From positions 124,001-188,000 of the IMG/VR virus record IMGVR_UViG_3300035212_003113: a stretch of DNA of 64,000 nucleotides; one strand, 5' to 3'. Each line of letters opens with the position of its first letter. The stretch's first letter is position 1. The notes beneath the pieces were generated by a model. It made no database searches and was not told the origin of the DNA. It saw only the letters and a program-made list of their open reading frames with translations. The translations under genes were made by a program, and so were the position numbers. This document shows, piece after piece, positions 28,929 to 38,379 of this stretch.

Positions 28929-31900
28929 TCAGATTATCCACCAAGCGCTGCCATCCGATTGAATCTTTATTGCTTCATACTGTGTGCTGAGCGTGTATGT
29001 TGTCGCGCCGTCTATTAGTTCGGACGCATCAGCATCTACGGTGACAATATTCGCCGTGATGTCTTTTTTCTTTATAGTAAATATGCGTTCGACTGCTGAT
29101 GCAGCGGATGGCAGCGTCATCGTTATTGCGCCGGAAGAAGCATCGGCCAAAATTGTGCCATCGGAAGAGGCCAGAGTATAATTGGCAGTTTTGGTTGAAA
29201 TCGGCGCAGTGCTGTTCTGTGCGGCGCCCGAGGTCCATGACAGAGTTCCGCTTCCATTGTTTGTTAGAATAGAATTTGCAGAGCCCTGAGATGATGGGAA
29301 GCTATATGGGATATCGTTTATTCTAGTTAGATCCCCGCTAGAGCTTACCTGGAACTGCGAGCTGGCGCCGACGGATAGCGCCGAAGCTGGCGCGTTCGTA
29401 CCGACACCGACACGCGCATTCGTCGTGTCGACGTCGAAGATGGTCGAGCCCGCTGCGTTCTGCACCGAGAATGCGGTCGTGCCGTCCGACGTGTTCCTCG
29501 AGAGCACGACGCCGTCGTTGCCGACGCTGAAAGTGGTCGTGCCGTTATCACGGGCAAGGAAGATTGGATCGCCCTTGTCCATGTTGTCTGCTATCAGCGC
29601 CGCTGAGGCGTTGACCGTAGGCTGCGACGCGCCTGTGGTCTGCAAAGCGAACAGGCCGCCGATGCGGATACCGCTGTTGTTCTTCGCCATGCCCGTGACG
29701 GCTATGTTGGCACCAGTGCCGTCGCCTGTTGTGTTGCCGAAGACGGCGTAGTTGCGGGCGCCGTTCGACGCGAGGCCCATCATACCGATGTTGTGGCCAG
29801 ATGCCGTCGTGCCCGCAGCCGAGCCTTGCAGCGCGAAGTTGGCTTGTAGCGCCGAGACGGGGTCTTGTCCGCTGCCTGCGATCACGGTGCCGAAGCTGCC
29901 CGCGTAAGAAGTTGACGGCGTACCTGCGCCGCTCAAATAACCGATAACGCCGTAGACCGGGGCGACGACGCTCGCAGATACGCTTCCTTCAATGTACGAA
30001 ACGATGGTTCCGCCGCCAGGGGTCAGGGTTGCGTCGACGTTCAGCGCGTACACGCCACTGGCCGTCGAGCCTGCCTGCACGTCGACGACGTGCGCCGGAG
30101 TTGCTATGCCTACGCCTAGGCGATTATTTGAATCGTCCCAGTACAGGTTGGAATCCGATGATAGCGATGAAGTGCCGCTCCAAAATGCCACGCGCGTAGC
30201 TACGCCACTGCCTGTAACAGTACCTGCTGGTGACCATGACAGGTTGCCCGAGCCATCATTTGTCAGCGCGCCCGACGCATTCGCCGCCGGGAACGTCGTC
30301 GTCTGGCCCCGGATAGCGACAATGTCGCCCGAGGAATTAACTTGGAACTGAGAGGATGAGCCAACAGATAATAGCGATATAGGACTTGTAGTCCCTATGC
30401 CAACGCTCCCGGCATTTGTGATACGCACACGCTCAGTCGTTGAGCTGCCTAACGTAGTAAATCCATCAGTGCCGCTAGCAGTCGTGTGAAATTCAATTCG
30501 ACCGCCGCTCGCCGTCGACGTAAAAGCCTGCTCGGCCTTCATAGTCATCATCGCGCCGTAGTTAATGCCGCCCGTGGCAGTCCAACCTGCACCGAGCACA
30601 TTGATCATGCCGTCGCCAGCGCCGATCTGCGTCGGCGCGGCCTTCGTTCCTCTCGAACGCACACCGGCAAACTGACCACCGCGATATGACTCTTGAAGCA
30701 CGGTTCCAGCGGCGCCGTGCCCAAGCATCACCGCGCCTGCTGTCACGTCAGAACTGTCAAACGTAAACTGCCCGTATACAGTCGACGTTCCAACCAGAAA
30801 CACGGGCGATCCGCCCGACTGCTGGAAGCGCGCGATCTCCGTGCCGTTGACGCCGACACCGATAATATCGTTCGACGGCGAGAAGAAGCCGCTGTTCAGG
30901 TTGTCGCGGAAGGCGACGGCGGGAGCGGCGGCGCTACCATCGGGGATGGCGAGTTGGCCGCTGGCGATGTCAAGGGCGGCAACGGGGGCGTTGGTGCCGA
31001 TACCCAGTTTACCGCTGCCCGTGTTGTCCCAATAGAGGTTCGCATTCGACGACAGCGACGAAGCGCCATCCCAGAATGCCACACGCGTTGCAGTACCGCT
31101 GCCGGTGACCGTGCCACTTCCGCCCGCCGCAGCCCACGACACGTTGCCGGCGCCGTCTGTCGTGAGTACTTCACCGCTCGCGCCGTCTATCATTGGAAGG
31201 GTAAATGCATCGCTTATATTTACCGGAGTGGTGACGGAACCGATGGTTACCCCAGTTGTTAAATAATAGGCCGAATTATTTCCTATTTTAATTGGTCCGC
31301 CATCATTATCAATCCACAGCGGCTTCTCAATCGGATACTCGTTATTGGTATAGCGAAGCGAAAGACCAGGCGAGAATCCAAGTGACCCCTGAAGCTGTAG
31401 GAGTGCAGTGTCGTCGGTAGCGCCGAGCTTAAGATAAAGCGCAGGGTCGCCCAGATCTAGACCGAGTGCAGCCTCGTTGCCCCCTATAGAAGGGACCAAC
31501 GGCCCCGCCACAAATCGGGCATACTGACTGGATAAAATTCCTTCTACTCCAAGATTCTCGACTACCACTGCTCCAGTAGTCAGCCACTTCAAGGCAGAGC
31601 TGCCGTCAAAAACTCCTGCATTGCTAAATTGAATCGCCCGATCTGGACCGCCTGGTGCGCCACTTGCAGGCGAATCCCACGATAGATTTCCGGCTCCATC
31701 GTTCGTTAATACAGTTCCGGCAGAGCCCACGGCCGCAGGCCAGGCCGCATCAACGCCTCCAGACCCCAGAAACAAGGTTCCTATTGCAGAAATCTGAATG
31801 TCAGCAAAGCTTGACAGCGATATATTTTCTGTGCCAGAGACAGAAAACTCGCCATTCCCGGAATCCGTTGTAATCGTGTTGCCCGACTCATAAGCAGCCT

Positions 31901-32216
31901 GTAAGCTAGAGCTAGCAGAGGAAAGAAGGGCAAGTAGGCTGTCAACACTTATTTTATTTAACTCTGTAGAGGCATAATCTATGTACGCAATGTAGCCGTC
32001 TAGCAGCGGTGGTACTATTGGAGCCACCAGGAATTCGCCATAAAAGTAGCCATCTGCCGAGCCGGACAACCCCTGATATGACCCACCATCCAGTGAAAGC
32101 TCTATTCGGCCAAGGTCGTAGTTATACCTAATTATGGCCATACCGGCTTCTGGAACGCCTAGACCCTCGCCCGCCCTAAAGGTCAGAAAAGGAATTGTTT
32201 GTTTTTTCTGCGTCAT
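28929..32216 (-). CDS. tail fibre / virion surface protein A
   Basis: GAGGAG RBS before ATG 32216; repeated LTxDGxGNxSW, ERVRITNAGSVGIGT; C-terminal TKTANYTL...SDGSAWWII domain. Confidence 0.85.
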   Translation of the reverse strand: MTQKKQTIPFLTFRAGEGLGVPEAGMAIIRYNYDLGRIELSLDGGSYQGLSGSADGYFYGEFLVAPIVPPLLDGYIAYIDYASTELNKISVDSLLALLSSASSSLQAAYESGNTITTDSGNGEFSVSGTENISLSSFADIQISAIGTLFLGSGGVDAAWPAAVGSAGTVLTNDGAGNLSWDSPASGAPGGPDRAIQFSNAGVFDGSSALKWLTTGAVVVENLGVEGILSSQYARFVAGPLVPSIGGNEAALGLDLGDPALYLKLGATDDTALLQLQGSLGFSPGLSLRYTNNEYPIEKPLWIDNDGGPIKIGNNSAYYLTTGVTIGSVTTPVNISDAFTLPMIDGASGEVLTTDGAGNVSWAAAGGSGTVTGSGTATRVAFWDGASSLSSNANLYWDNTGSGKLGIGTNAPVAALDIASGQLAIPDGSAAAPAVAFRDNLNSGFFSPSNDIIGVGVNGTEIARFQQSGGSPVFLVGTSTVYGQFTFDSSDVTAGAVMLGHGAAGTVLQESYRGGQFAGVRSRGTKAAPTQIGAGDGMINVLGAGWTATGGINYGAMMTMKAEQAFTSTASGGRIEFHTTASGTDGFTTLGSSTTERVRITNAGSVGIGTTSPISLLSVGSSSQFQVNSSGDIVAIRGQTTTFPAANASGALTNDGSGNLSWSPAGTVTGSGVATRVAFWSGTSSLSSDSNLYWDDSNNRLGVGIATPAHVVDVQAGSTASGVYALNVDATLTPGGGTIVSYIEGSVSASVVAPVYGVIGYLSGAGTPSTSYAGSFGTVIAGSGQDPVSALQANFALQGSAAGTTASGHNIGMMGLASNGARNYAVFGNTTGDGTGANIAVTGMAKNNSGIRIGGLFALQTTGASQPTVNASAALIADNMDKGDPIFLARDNGTTTFSVGNDGVVLSRNTSDGTTAFSVQNAAGSTIFDVDTTNARVGVGTNAPASALSVGASSQFQVSSSGDLTRINDIPYSFPSSQGSANSILTNNGSGTLSWTSGAAQNSTAPISTKTANYTLASSDGTILADASSGAITMTLPSAASAVERIFTIKKKDITANIVTVDADASELIDGATTYTLSTQYEAIKIQSDGSAWWII

Positions 32217-32401
32217 ATGCTCCTCAGCGCCAGGGGATCCAGCCCAATACAATGCACGGAGAACCATAGTTATTAAATGCGGGTGGTCCGCGAGCATTAA
32301 TTATATTTGCGTCAGATCGCAAACAAGCCGCGACCGCCGGCTGCAACTGAAGGCAACTAATTGAATAACAGTCTTTCTGATCTTTTCACATGGAGCAAAT
32401 A

Positions 32402-33301
32402 ATGAAATTTCCGCTTATAAAGATGGCAGCTGACCCCAGCCTAGGCAAAACCTGGCACGATATCTTTAAAAAAACTCCTGTCGCCCAGTTTGTTTCTTCC
32501 TTCAGCGGAAGCGACGATGCTTCGCGTAAAAAGGCACTTCAGCCGATATACGACAGCTACGTGGTATATATGACCACGCTGTCTGATGCAGCGGAAAAAG
32601 AACTGGCAATGAAAAATATTCAAGAGTTGGTGACGGCTCTAACTGCCAGCCCCAAGGCTCCGCAGGCAACGCCCGCGACGGGCAATGCCTCCCCTGCTGC
32701 GCAACCAAAAAAGACCGATACCAATAAATCTGGCCCGCACCCTGGTATGACCGCTCTACAGCAAAAGCTAAATGAATATCTCGCTGCAAATCCAAAAGAA
32801 GGCGTTTCGCCAGTAAAAGTGACCGGCTACCAGGGTGACCAGGGCACATGGGGAGTGATAAAGAAAGTATGGCCGCAATGGTTCGATGGCAACAAGACGA
32901 AGTTCAAAAGCTATTCACAGGTGACTGGCTGGATTGAGAAAGAGATGAGCGCGAAGCCGGCCGGCGCGCCAGATGCTCAAAAAGCTGCACTAAACAACAA
33001 AATTGTCTCAGAAGAAGATCGGCAATTGGTGGCTGCATGGAGAGCATTCTTGCAGGCAGACTCGCTAAATGTAGGCGCTGATGTCGTCAGCACATATGCG
33101 GCCGGCAGCCCTAAGACGGTCGGATCCAATATTGCAAAATACATTGCAGATGGAAAGATGAAAACACCGGTAAAAGCGCCGCTTGAAGCTGCGCAGGCCC
33201 ATCTTGCAATTGGTTTCCCAGCAGAAGCGACAAAGGCCCTTGCCCAAGGCGCTGCAGCTGCAAAAAAATACAAGGGCATGCGAAAGCTGGATAATAAATG
33301 A
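32402..33301 (+). CDS. hypothetical protein with possible peptidoglycan-binding-like segment
   Basis: GGAG RBS; LQQKLN...VTGYQGDQGTWGVIKK resembles PG_binding_1; N-terminal MKFPLIKMA. Confidence 0.6.
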   Translation: MKFPLIKMAADPSLGKTWHDIFKKTPVAQFVSSFSGSDDASRKKALQPIYDSYVVYMTTLSDAAEKELAMKNIQELVTALTASPKAPQATPATGNASPAAQPKKTDTNKSGPHPGMTALQQKLNEYLAANPKEGVSPVKVTGYQGDQGTWGVIKKVWPQWFDGNKTKFKSYSQVTGWIEKEMSAKPAGAPDAQKAALNNKIVSEEDRQLVAAWRAFLQADSLNVGADVVSTYAAGSPKTVGSNIAKYIADGKMKTPVKAPLEAAQAHLAIGFPAEATKALAQGAAAAKKYKGMRKLDNK

Positions 33302-33319
33302 GCGTCTGCTGCACACAGC

Positions 33320-33388
33320 ATGAGAAATAAACCAACTTTTGACCTCGAGTCCTCGGCATAGTCCGAGGACTTCTTTTTTGCCGCTTGA
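33320..33388 (+). pseudogene. relic duplicate of RNase HII 5' end containing a terminator hairpin
   Basis: MRNKPTFDLESSA*SEDFFFAA* vs MIKNSPTFALESSAWSEDLFFAAC; stem agtcctcgg/ccgaggact plus T-run. Confidence 0.85.
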
Positions 33389-33487
33389 TAAAGAGAGGTG
33401 CGCGAGGCCATCAGTAACAAGCCGAATATCAATATATTAGCAAAACGACAGAGGCGGGCAAGATAAATGATACTTAAATATTAAAAT

Positions 33488-35389
33488 ATGAAGTATTTTG
33501 TATACAAAGTAGATCACGACTTTAAGCGGCCAGGTGGCTTTCAAGAGGCCACGGATGCAGAGGACAAGATATGGTCGTGTCTAAAGATGTTTCACCAAGA
33601 AGTCGACAGCATCGACAATGCTGACATAGCCTTTATAGGATTGAATAATGCTTCATTTTACTTCAATAAGGGTGACCTTAAGAAAGTGTGGCAAGAGTCT
33701 GTTTGCCCAAGACTCGTCAATAAAGATATCCCACATGTGGCAATATTCACTTACGTTATAAATGAAGATGACCTGAGCTTTATCCCGCCATGGATAACAA
33801 TATGGGCATACGAAACAGAATGCTCGCATCACGACTCCCCGTCTCTGCAGACCACGGACAGCGGATGCGGAGACCGGATGTGCATGATACCATATGTACT
33901 CACTCCTCAGACACATCCTGCGGCAGGAGTTATTGAGACCACAAATATAAATCCTGAAAACTTCAATACCGAGCTGTGGACCAGGAGATCTAACACGGCA
34001 TTTATAGGCTCTTTACAGGCAGGCGGGCGACCGCGCATAAATACTCGCGCTAGCCAAGTTATTGGCTGGCAGTCGCAAATTGGGTGCGACATATATGGAG
34101 ATCGACAAGCTACCGAGCCAAATGACACGTACTCTAGATACAAATTCGCTCTAATTCTGCGAGGGGATACTCCGACTCGTAAAGCGTTCTATCAAGCCAT
34201 TGCAGCCGGGGCAATTCCAGTAATTACTGAAAGCGCATGGCAACAGTACAGCGAGCTGTACAGAGGTCATTGCGAAAGCCTGGCCGACATAGTCGTAGTT
34301 GTGCCAGATAATGCCGAGCTATGGGACTGCGCCGAAATACAAAAGATCCTAAATAAAAGAGCAATGGAGTGCGCTACGTTGCTTCCACGGCTGCACAGCT
34401 GGTCGAGCAAATATCTTGATTATGACAGCGGCGGGGTCGTAGATGCGGCAATGCGCGCAACTCTGGCCAAAGTGAGGAAGCCAGCCATGCCCTTGGCATA
34501 CATCCACTCACTGGAGCCAGCAAGCGTATATCGACCGACAAGCGTAAAGATTAGTGAACAAGAGGTGATAACTGAAGAAAACATACTAGAAAGCCAGTAT
34601 GCCCTGGAGCAAATAATTCTCAAAACCGTCTACAACTATCCTTATAAAACTGGTTGCCTAGACAAGGCAACGGCTGCAATAGTACCAGTTCATACCTTTT
34701 TAACATGCTGGAATCGGCCGAATCACTATTCCGTGATCGACTCTGTAAACGTAATAAAAAAAGCTTTAAATGCGCTCCCTGCATGGAAAAACAGCAGCGT
34801 GCCCCATTACCTTGGATATGCCGATGTTCTTTGGAATGACGAGCGCGTCTTTCTCCGACACGTAGATATTCCTGATAATACAACAGTTATTGCCCTGGAG
34901 GCTTGCGACCTTCCGGTGCAACAAGAGGCAGTCCCATTTCCATGCGGAAGCATGCCTGGTGTTCTTTCATCAGCGGATCGGCAATTAGCTGTGTACATAG
35001 GAAGGGAGAGAGAAGAGGTCAGCGGGTACGATATCGATTACGAGATGATAAACACACCTGGCTGGCACTCTACAAATACCCAAAACACCAGGATTGTGCA
35101 GGCCTACTCCCAGCATAAATTTTCTTTGCAACCTCACGGAGACCGAGTGACAAGGCGAGGCTTCTATCAGTCCGTGGCATGCGGGTGCATACCCGTGATT
35201 ACTGCTGACTGCGTCAAGGCGTATAGCGATGCTACCGGGCTGGATGTATCAGAGTTTTGCATAATTATCCCGGAGTGGCACGAAAACGTTGTAGAACTAT
35301 TGCGACAATCAGACTTCGAGTCCATGCAAAAGAAATTGCCCCAGTTATCATTATCAGGCAGGATCTTGAAAATCACGGGGTTGTACTGA
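33488..35389 (+). CDS. exostosin-family (GT47-like) protein with two tandem domains
   Basis: FALILRGDTPTRKAFYQAIAAGAIPVI and FSLQPHGDRVTRRGFYQSVACGCIPVI. Confidence 0.85.
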   Translation: MKYFVYKVDHDFKRPGGFQEATDAEDKIWSCLKMFHQEVDSIDNADIAFIGLNNASFYFNKGDLKKVWQESVCPRLVNKDIPHVAIFTYVINEDDLSFIPPWITIWAYETECSHHDSPSLQTTDSGCGDRMCMIPYVLTPQTHPAAGVIETTNINPENFNTELWTRRSNTAFIGSLQAGGRPRINTRASQVIGWQSQIGCDIYGDRQATEPNDTYSRYKFALILRGDTPTRKAFYQAIAAGAIPVITESAWQQYSELYRGHCESLADIVVVVPDNAELWDCAEIQKILNKRAMECATLLPRLHSWSSKYLDYDSGGVVDAAMRATLAKVRKPAMPLAYIHSLEPASVYRPTSVKISEQEVITEENILESQYALEQIILKTVYNYPYKTGCLDKATAAIVPVHTFLTCWNRPNHYSVIDSVNVIKKALNALPAWKNSSVPHYLGYADVLWNDERVFLRHVDIPDNTTVIALEACDLPVQQEAVPFPCGSMPGVLSSADRQLAVYIGREREEVSGYDIDYEMINTPGWHSTNTQNTRIVQAYSQHKFSLQPHGDRVTRRGFYQSVACGCIPVITADCVKAYSDATGLDVSEFCIIIPEWHENVVELLRQSDFESMQKKLPQLSLSGRILKITGLY

Positions 35390-35443
35390 GGCAATGCTCT
35401 CGGCTCTGCGTCTGGGCTTTTTTTCTAAGCGTCTCGCGTTAGC

Positions 35444-36055
35444 ATGATCAAAAATTCGCCAACATTCGCTCTTGAGTCCTCGGCGTGGTCCGAGGATCTC
35501 TTTTTTGCTGCTTGCGATGAGGCAGGCTATGGCTGTGCTGCAGGCAGCATGTGGGTGGCCGCAACAATCTGGCCCAAGAATAGTCCCATTCTGCCGTCGA
35601 TGTCGGGCATAAAAGACAGCAAAAAGACTACAGCGGCACAGCGAGAAGAGCTGGTCAAGCTGATTAAAGACAGCTGTCAGTGGTTCTTATGGGAGATAAC
35701 AGTCGACCAGATCAACTCAGGCAATCCATATTGGCTTCGCTTCGAAGCCGCTGACACAGGCCTGGCATCTCTGCCCCCGCTAGTCACATGCTTTGATGGG
35801 AATGTCTGCTTGAAGAATAACAAGCACCACAACACTTGCCAAGTAAAAGGTGACGCGATAAGTATCAGCATAGCTGCGGCGTCTATTCTTGCGAAACATG
35901 CTAAAGATTTAGAATGTAAGGACCTACACGAAAAACATCCAGCATATGGATTCATTAATCACAGCGGATACTTAACAGAAGAGCACACAAAAGCACTAAA
36001 GACGTTCGGCCCAGCGCCCTGTCATCGCAGCAAATACATATCAGCTCACATATAA
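35444..36055 (+). CDS. rnhB: ribonuclease HII
   Basis: DEAGYG, DSKK, FDG, KGD, IAAASILAK, YGFxxHxGY, HR. Confidence 0.93.
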   Translation: MIKNSPTFALESSAWSEDLFFAACDEAGYGCAAGSMWVAATIWPKNSPILPSMSGIKDSKKTTAAQREELVKLIKDSCQWFLWEITVDQINSGNPYWLRFEAADTGLASLPPLVTCFDGNVCLKNNKHHNTCQVKGDAISISIAAASILAKHAKDLECKDLHEKHPAYGFINHSGYLTEEHTKALKTFGPAPCHRSKYISAHI

Positions 36056-36100
36056 ACCGCGCAAAACTTCGACAAAGTAAGAAAAAATGATAGGATAGAT

Positions 36101-37795
36101 ATGAGCGCGCAATGGCTGCCGGTACTGGCAAGCCCTAAGACAAGTAACAAGCATCTCGGGAGAAAAGGTCAAGTGACTTTTTCCGGCGATGCCTTTGATA
36201 AACTTGTTGCAAGCGCAAATATCTCGCTGCAGAACTGGCCGCGCATGGTGCCGCACCGTGCCGAATTTCGCGTTCTAGTCGAGGCGACATTTCCTGGGTT
36301 CTGGGCGCGAGCAGAGGGCGTTGGCGTAGAGCTGGCTACGCGTCTTGTCATGGCCGCCGGACGTGCCGCCGAGACTGGTGCAGCAGTCAAGATCCCAGCT
36401 GGCGATGTTTTTCTATATAAAGCGAAGCAGCTAGGTTTTGCTCAGAAAAAGAACCACTCTTACTTTGCAGAGCGCGAGCGCGCTCGTCAGTTTGTTGCGC
36501 GACGTGGCGGTGGCAGCAGCGCATCACGTATCCTAAAAGATGCCGTAAATAAACTAGGCATGCAGAATCACTGCAGCATTGCCGTCTATGCTGCGCCAAG
36601 CGCCACTCACGTAGTGTTGATACCACATTCTGCCGACGCAGATGTCGGCAGAGTTTATACTGCCGGCCGCGGCGACCAATTCTATCTGGCTGCCGAAGAA
36701 GCAGGAAACAACAACAATCATGTGTCGCGCTACATGACCAGCGTACCAGTAGGCCGCTGGCAGTCTACCGCCTCTAGGCAGCAAATACTGCAGCTTATTG
36801 ATGAGCGCTGCTCACATGCTGGTTATCGCGAAATTCTAAAAGAGACCGTGATCGTCGGCATGGCGAGCGACTTTCGCTCAAACTATATTCAAGAGCACGA
36901 CTCGCAGCGAGTATTTGCGACTGGCGCCAGCATGCAGTTTATGCCATCCTGGTTGCGCAGTGCGTTGTTTCCAGAATGGTTTGAGATGGACTTCTCAAAC
37001 ATGCATCTTGCAATCCTCAATAGCCAAGCCGATCTCGGCATCAACCTGGATACTTCTATTTGGACCCAGATCATGGATACCTGGGAGACTGCGATCAATG
37101 CCGCAGGAGAAGCCCTGGGTCGCGAGGCGATGCTAGATGAGGCCGGAATAAAAGACCTGTTCGACGGCAGCATGAACAGCGGAAATAGCAAAACACTGTT
37201 TTTCGATACCTCCAAGGTTGATCGGACTGCCCTAAAGAAGGCGCTAAAGGTGAGCCTATATAGCCTGCAATTCGGGATGACAGCGCCAGCAGCGCGGCGC
37301 GGCTTTACTGGCGACTTGCTTAAAATGGGCTTCTCGCGCGGAGAGGCTACATTCCTGGGGAACCTTTGGTCACGCGATCCGATCCTGCAAAAGATTGCCA
37401 GTGGTATAAAGGCATACTGCGAAACACATGCCATTAGCCCCAGCGAATTGGCGCTCCGCTGCCAGGCAATCGAAACCACCCTGGTAAAAGAAATCTATAC
37501 AGTTGCACGCAGATTTAAGCGCTCAGACGTCTGCATCACCCTGCACAGCCATGACGGTGTATCAGTGTGGTCGCGTAGCGCGAGCGTAGGGCGAAAGTTT
37601 CATGCGCGCTGTGCGGCACGATGTGCGCGCCTTCTGGAGAAGCTAGGAATCCAGTCACGACTGGAGAGCAAAGGCTTGCCAAAAGAGGTCCGGACAGAAA
37701 AGGCACCCGCGCCCAAGTCAGAAGTGACGTCTTGTGTAGAACTGGCCCTGGTCACTGAGCGCGATTCACGTCCCGTGGCAACCGGCCCTCCTTAG
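36101..37795 (+). CDS. divergent family-A-like polymerase (TV-Pol-like), no exonuclease motifs seen
   Basis: RVF...MQFMPSWLR, EMDFSNMHLAIL (motif A), RxxLKxxLKxxLYxxxFG (motif B), LHSHDGV (motif C). Confidence 0.7.
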   Translation: MSAQWLPVLASPKTSNKHLGRKGQVTFSGDAFDKLVASANISLQNWPRMVPHRAEFRVLVEATFPGFWARAEGVGVELATRLVMAAGRAAETGAAVKIPAGDVFLYKAKQLGFAQKKNHSYFAERERARQFVARRGGGSSASRILKDAVNKLGMQNHCSIAVYAAPSATHVVLIPHSADADVGRVYTAGRGDQFYLAAEEAGNNNNHVSRYMTSVPVGRWQSTASRQQILQLIDERCSHAGYREILKETVIVGMASDFRSNYIQEHDSQRVFATGASMQFMPSWLRSALFPEWFEMDFSNMHLAILNSQADLGINLDTSIWTQIMDTWETAINAAGEALGREAMLDEAGIKDLFDGSMNSGNSKTLFFDTSKVDRTALKKALKVSLYSLQFGMTAPAARRGFTGDLLKMGFSRGEATFLGNLWSRDPILQKIASGIKAYCETHAISPSELALRCQAIETTLVKEIYTVARRFKRSDVCITLHSHDGVSVWSRSASVGRKFHARCAARCARLLEKLGIQSRLESKGLPKEVRTEKAPAPKSEVTSCVELALVTERDSRPVATGPP

Positions 37796-37992
37796 AACTG
37801 CTACAGCTTAAATCCGCAGCTGCCTGAGAGACCGGCGGCTTTTTGTGTTTCTCTTTCATATAAAATCAGCAAAAGCAGCGCCGCCCAGGGCGCCAGAGAA
37901 GTAAGAGCAGATAATCAACGGCAGTCAGCTAGGTGCGGATACTGCCAAATAGCCACTGAGCGTACAGCTTAGGTAAAGAGATTGGTACCTGT

Positions 37993-38379
37993 ATGAAATT
38001 AGAACAAAGTCTTCATATCATGAATGAGTTAGAATTATCACGCTACTTGCTCGCCCGCGGGTTTCCCGAGGAGCTACCGTGTTTCTCTGTCTACGACCTC
38101 TCAATGTTCATGATGGGTCGCCAGGTCACGGAGGCTGAGATTATTACTGGTGGCAAGTCCGTATGCTTGTTTTGGTCATCTAAGAATCTAATTGCTACTA
38201 CAAATATTCTAGAGGAGCCGTGTGCAAGCACCGTTATTCTATCTTCTTTGCGTGGCAGCAATTTCTCTATCTCACTGAGGAGAGCCGGGTTCCACAGTTC
38301 TATTCATCCAATTCAATATACTCCAGAGTGGGTGGACTGTTTTGTGTTTTCGTTGGGCGCGGGGGTGAAGTATGAGTAA
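37993..38379 (+). CDS. hypothetical protein, module gene X1 (paralog of 39173..39559)
   Basis: Shared MKLExxLH, GFP, CxFWSS, LRGSxFS, SIHPxxYTPEWVxCFVF. Confidence 0.75.
   Translation: MKLEQSLHIMNELELSRYLLARGFPEELPCFSVYDLSMFMMGRQVTEAEIITGGKSVCLFWSSKNLIATTNILEEPCASTVILSSLRGSNFSISLRRAGFHSSIHPIQYTPEWVDCFVFSLGAGVKYE

Noticed and set aside
18566-31873. Long opposite-strand or alternative-frame ORFs in the fibre region (e.g. 19642..20679)
   Set aside because: Shadow ORFs expected from GC-rich codon bias; no recognisable motifs
18559-32216. Invertase-driven shufflon of fibre genes
   Set aside because: All four genes share one orientation; no recombinase or inverted crossover sites noticed
37796-37992. 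Structured ncRNA in the intergenic gap
   Set aside because: Only a weak terminator-like stem and a short ggcagt/actgcc pair; not enough support without covariation data
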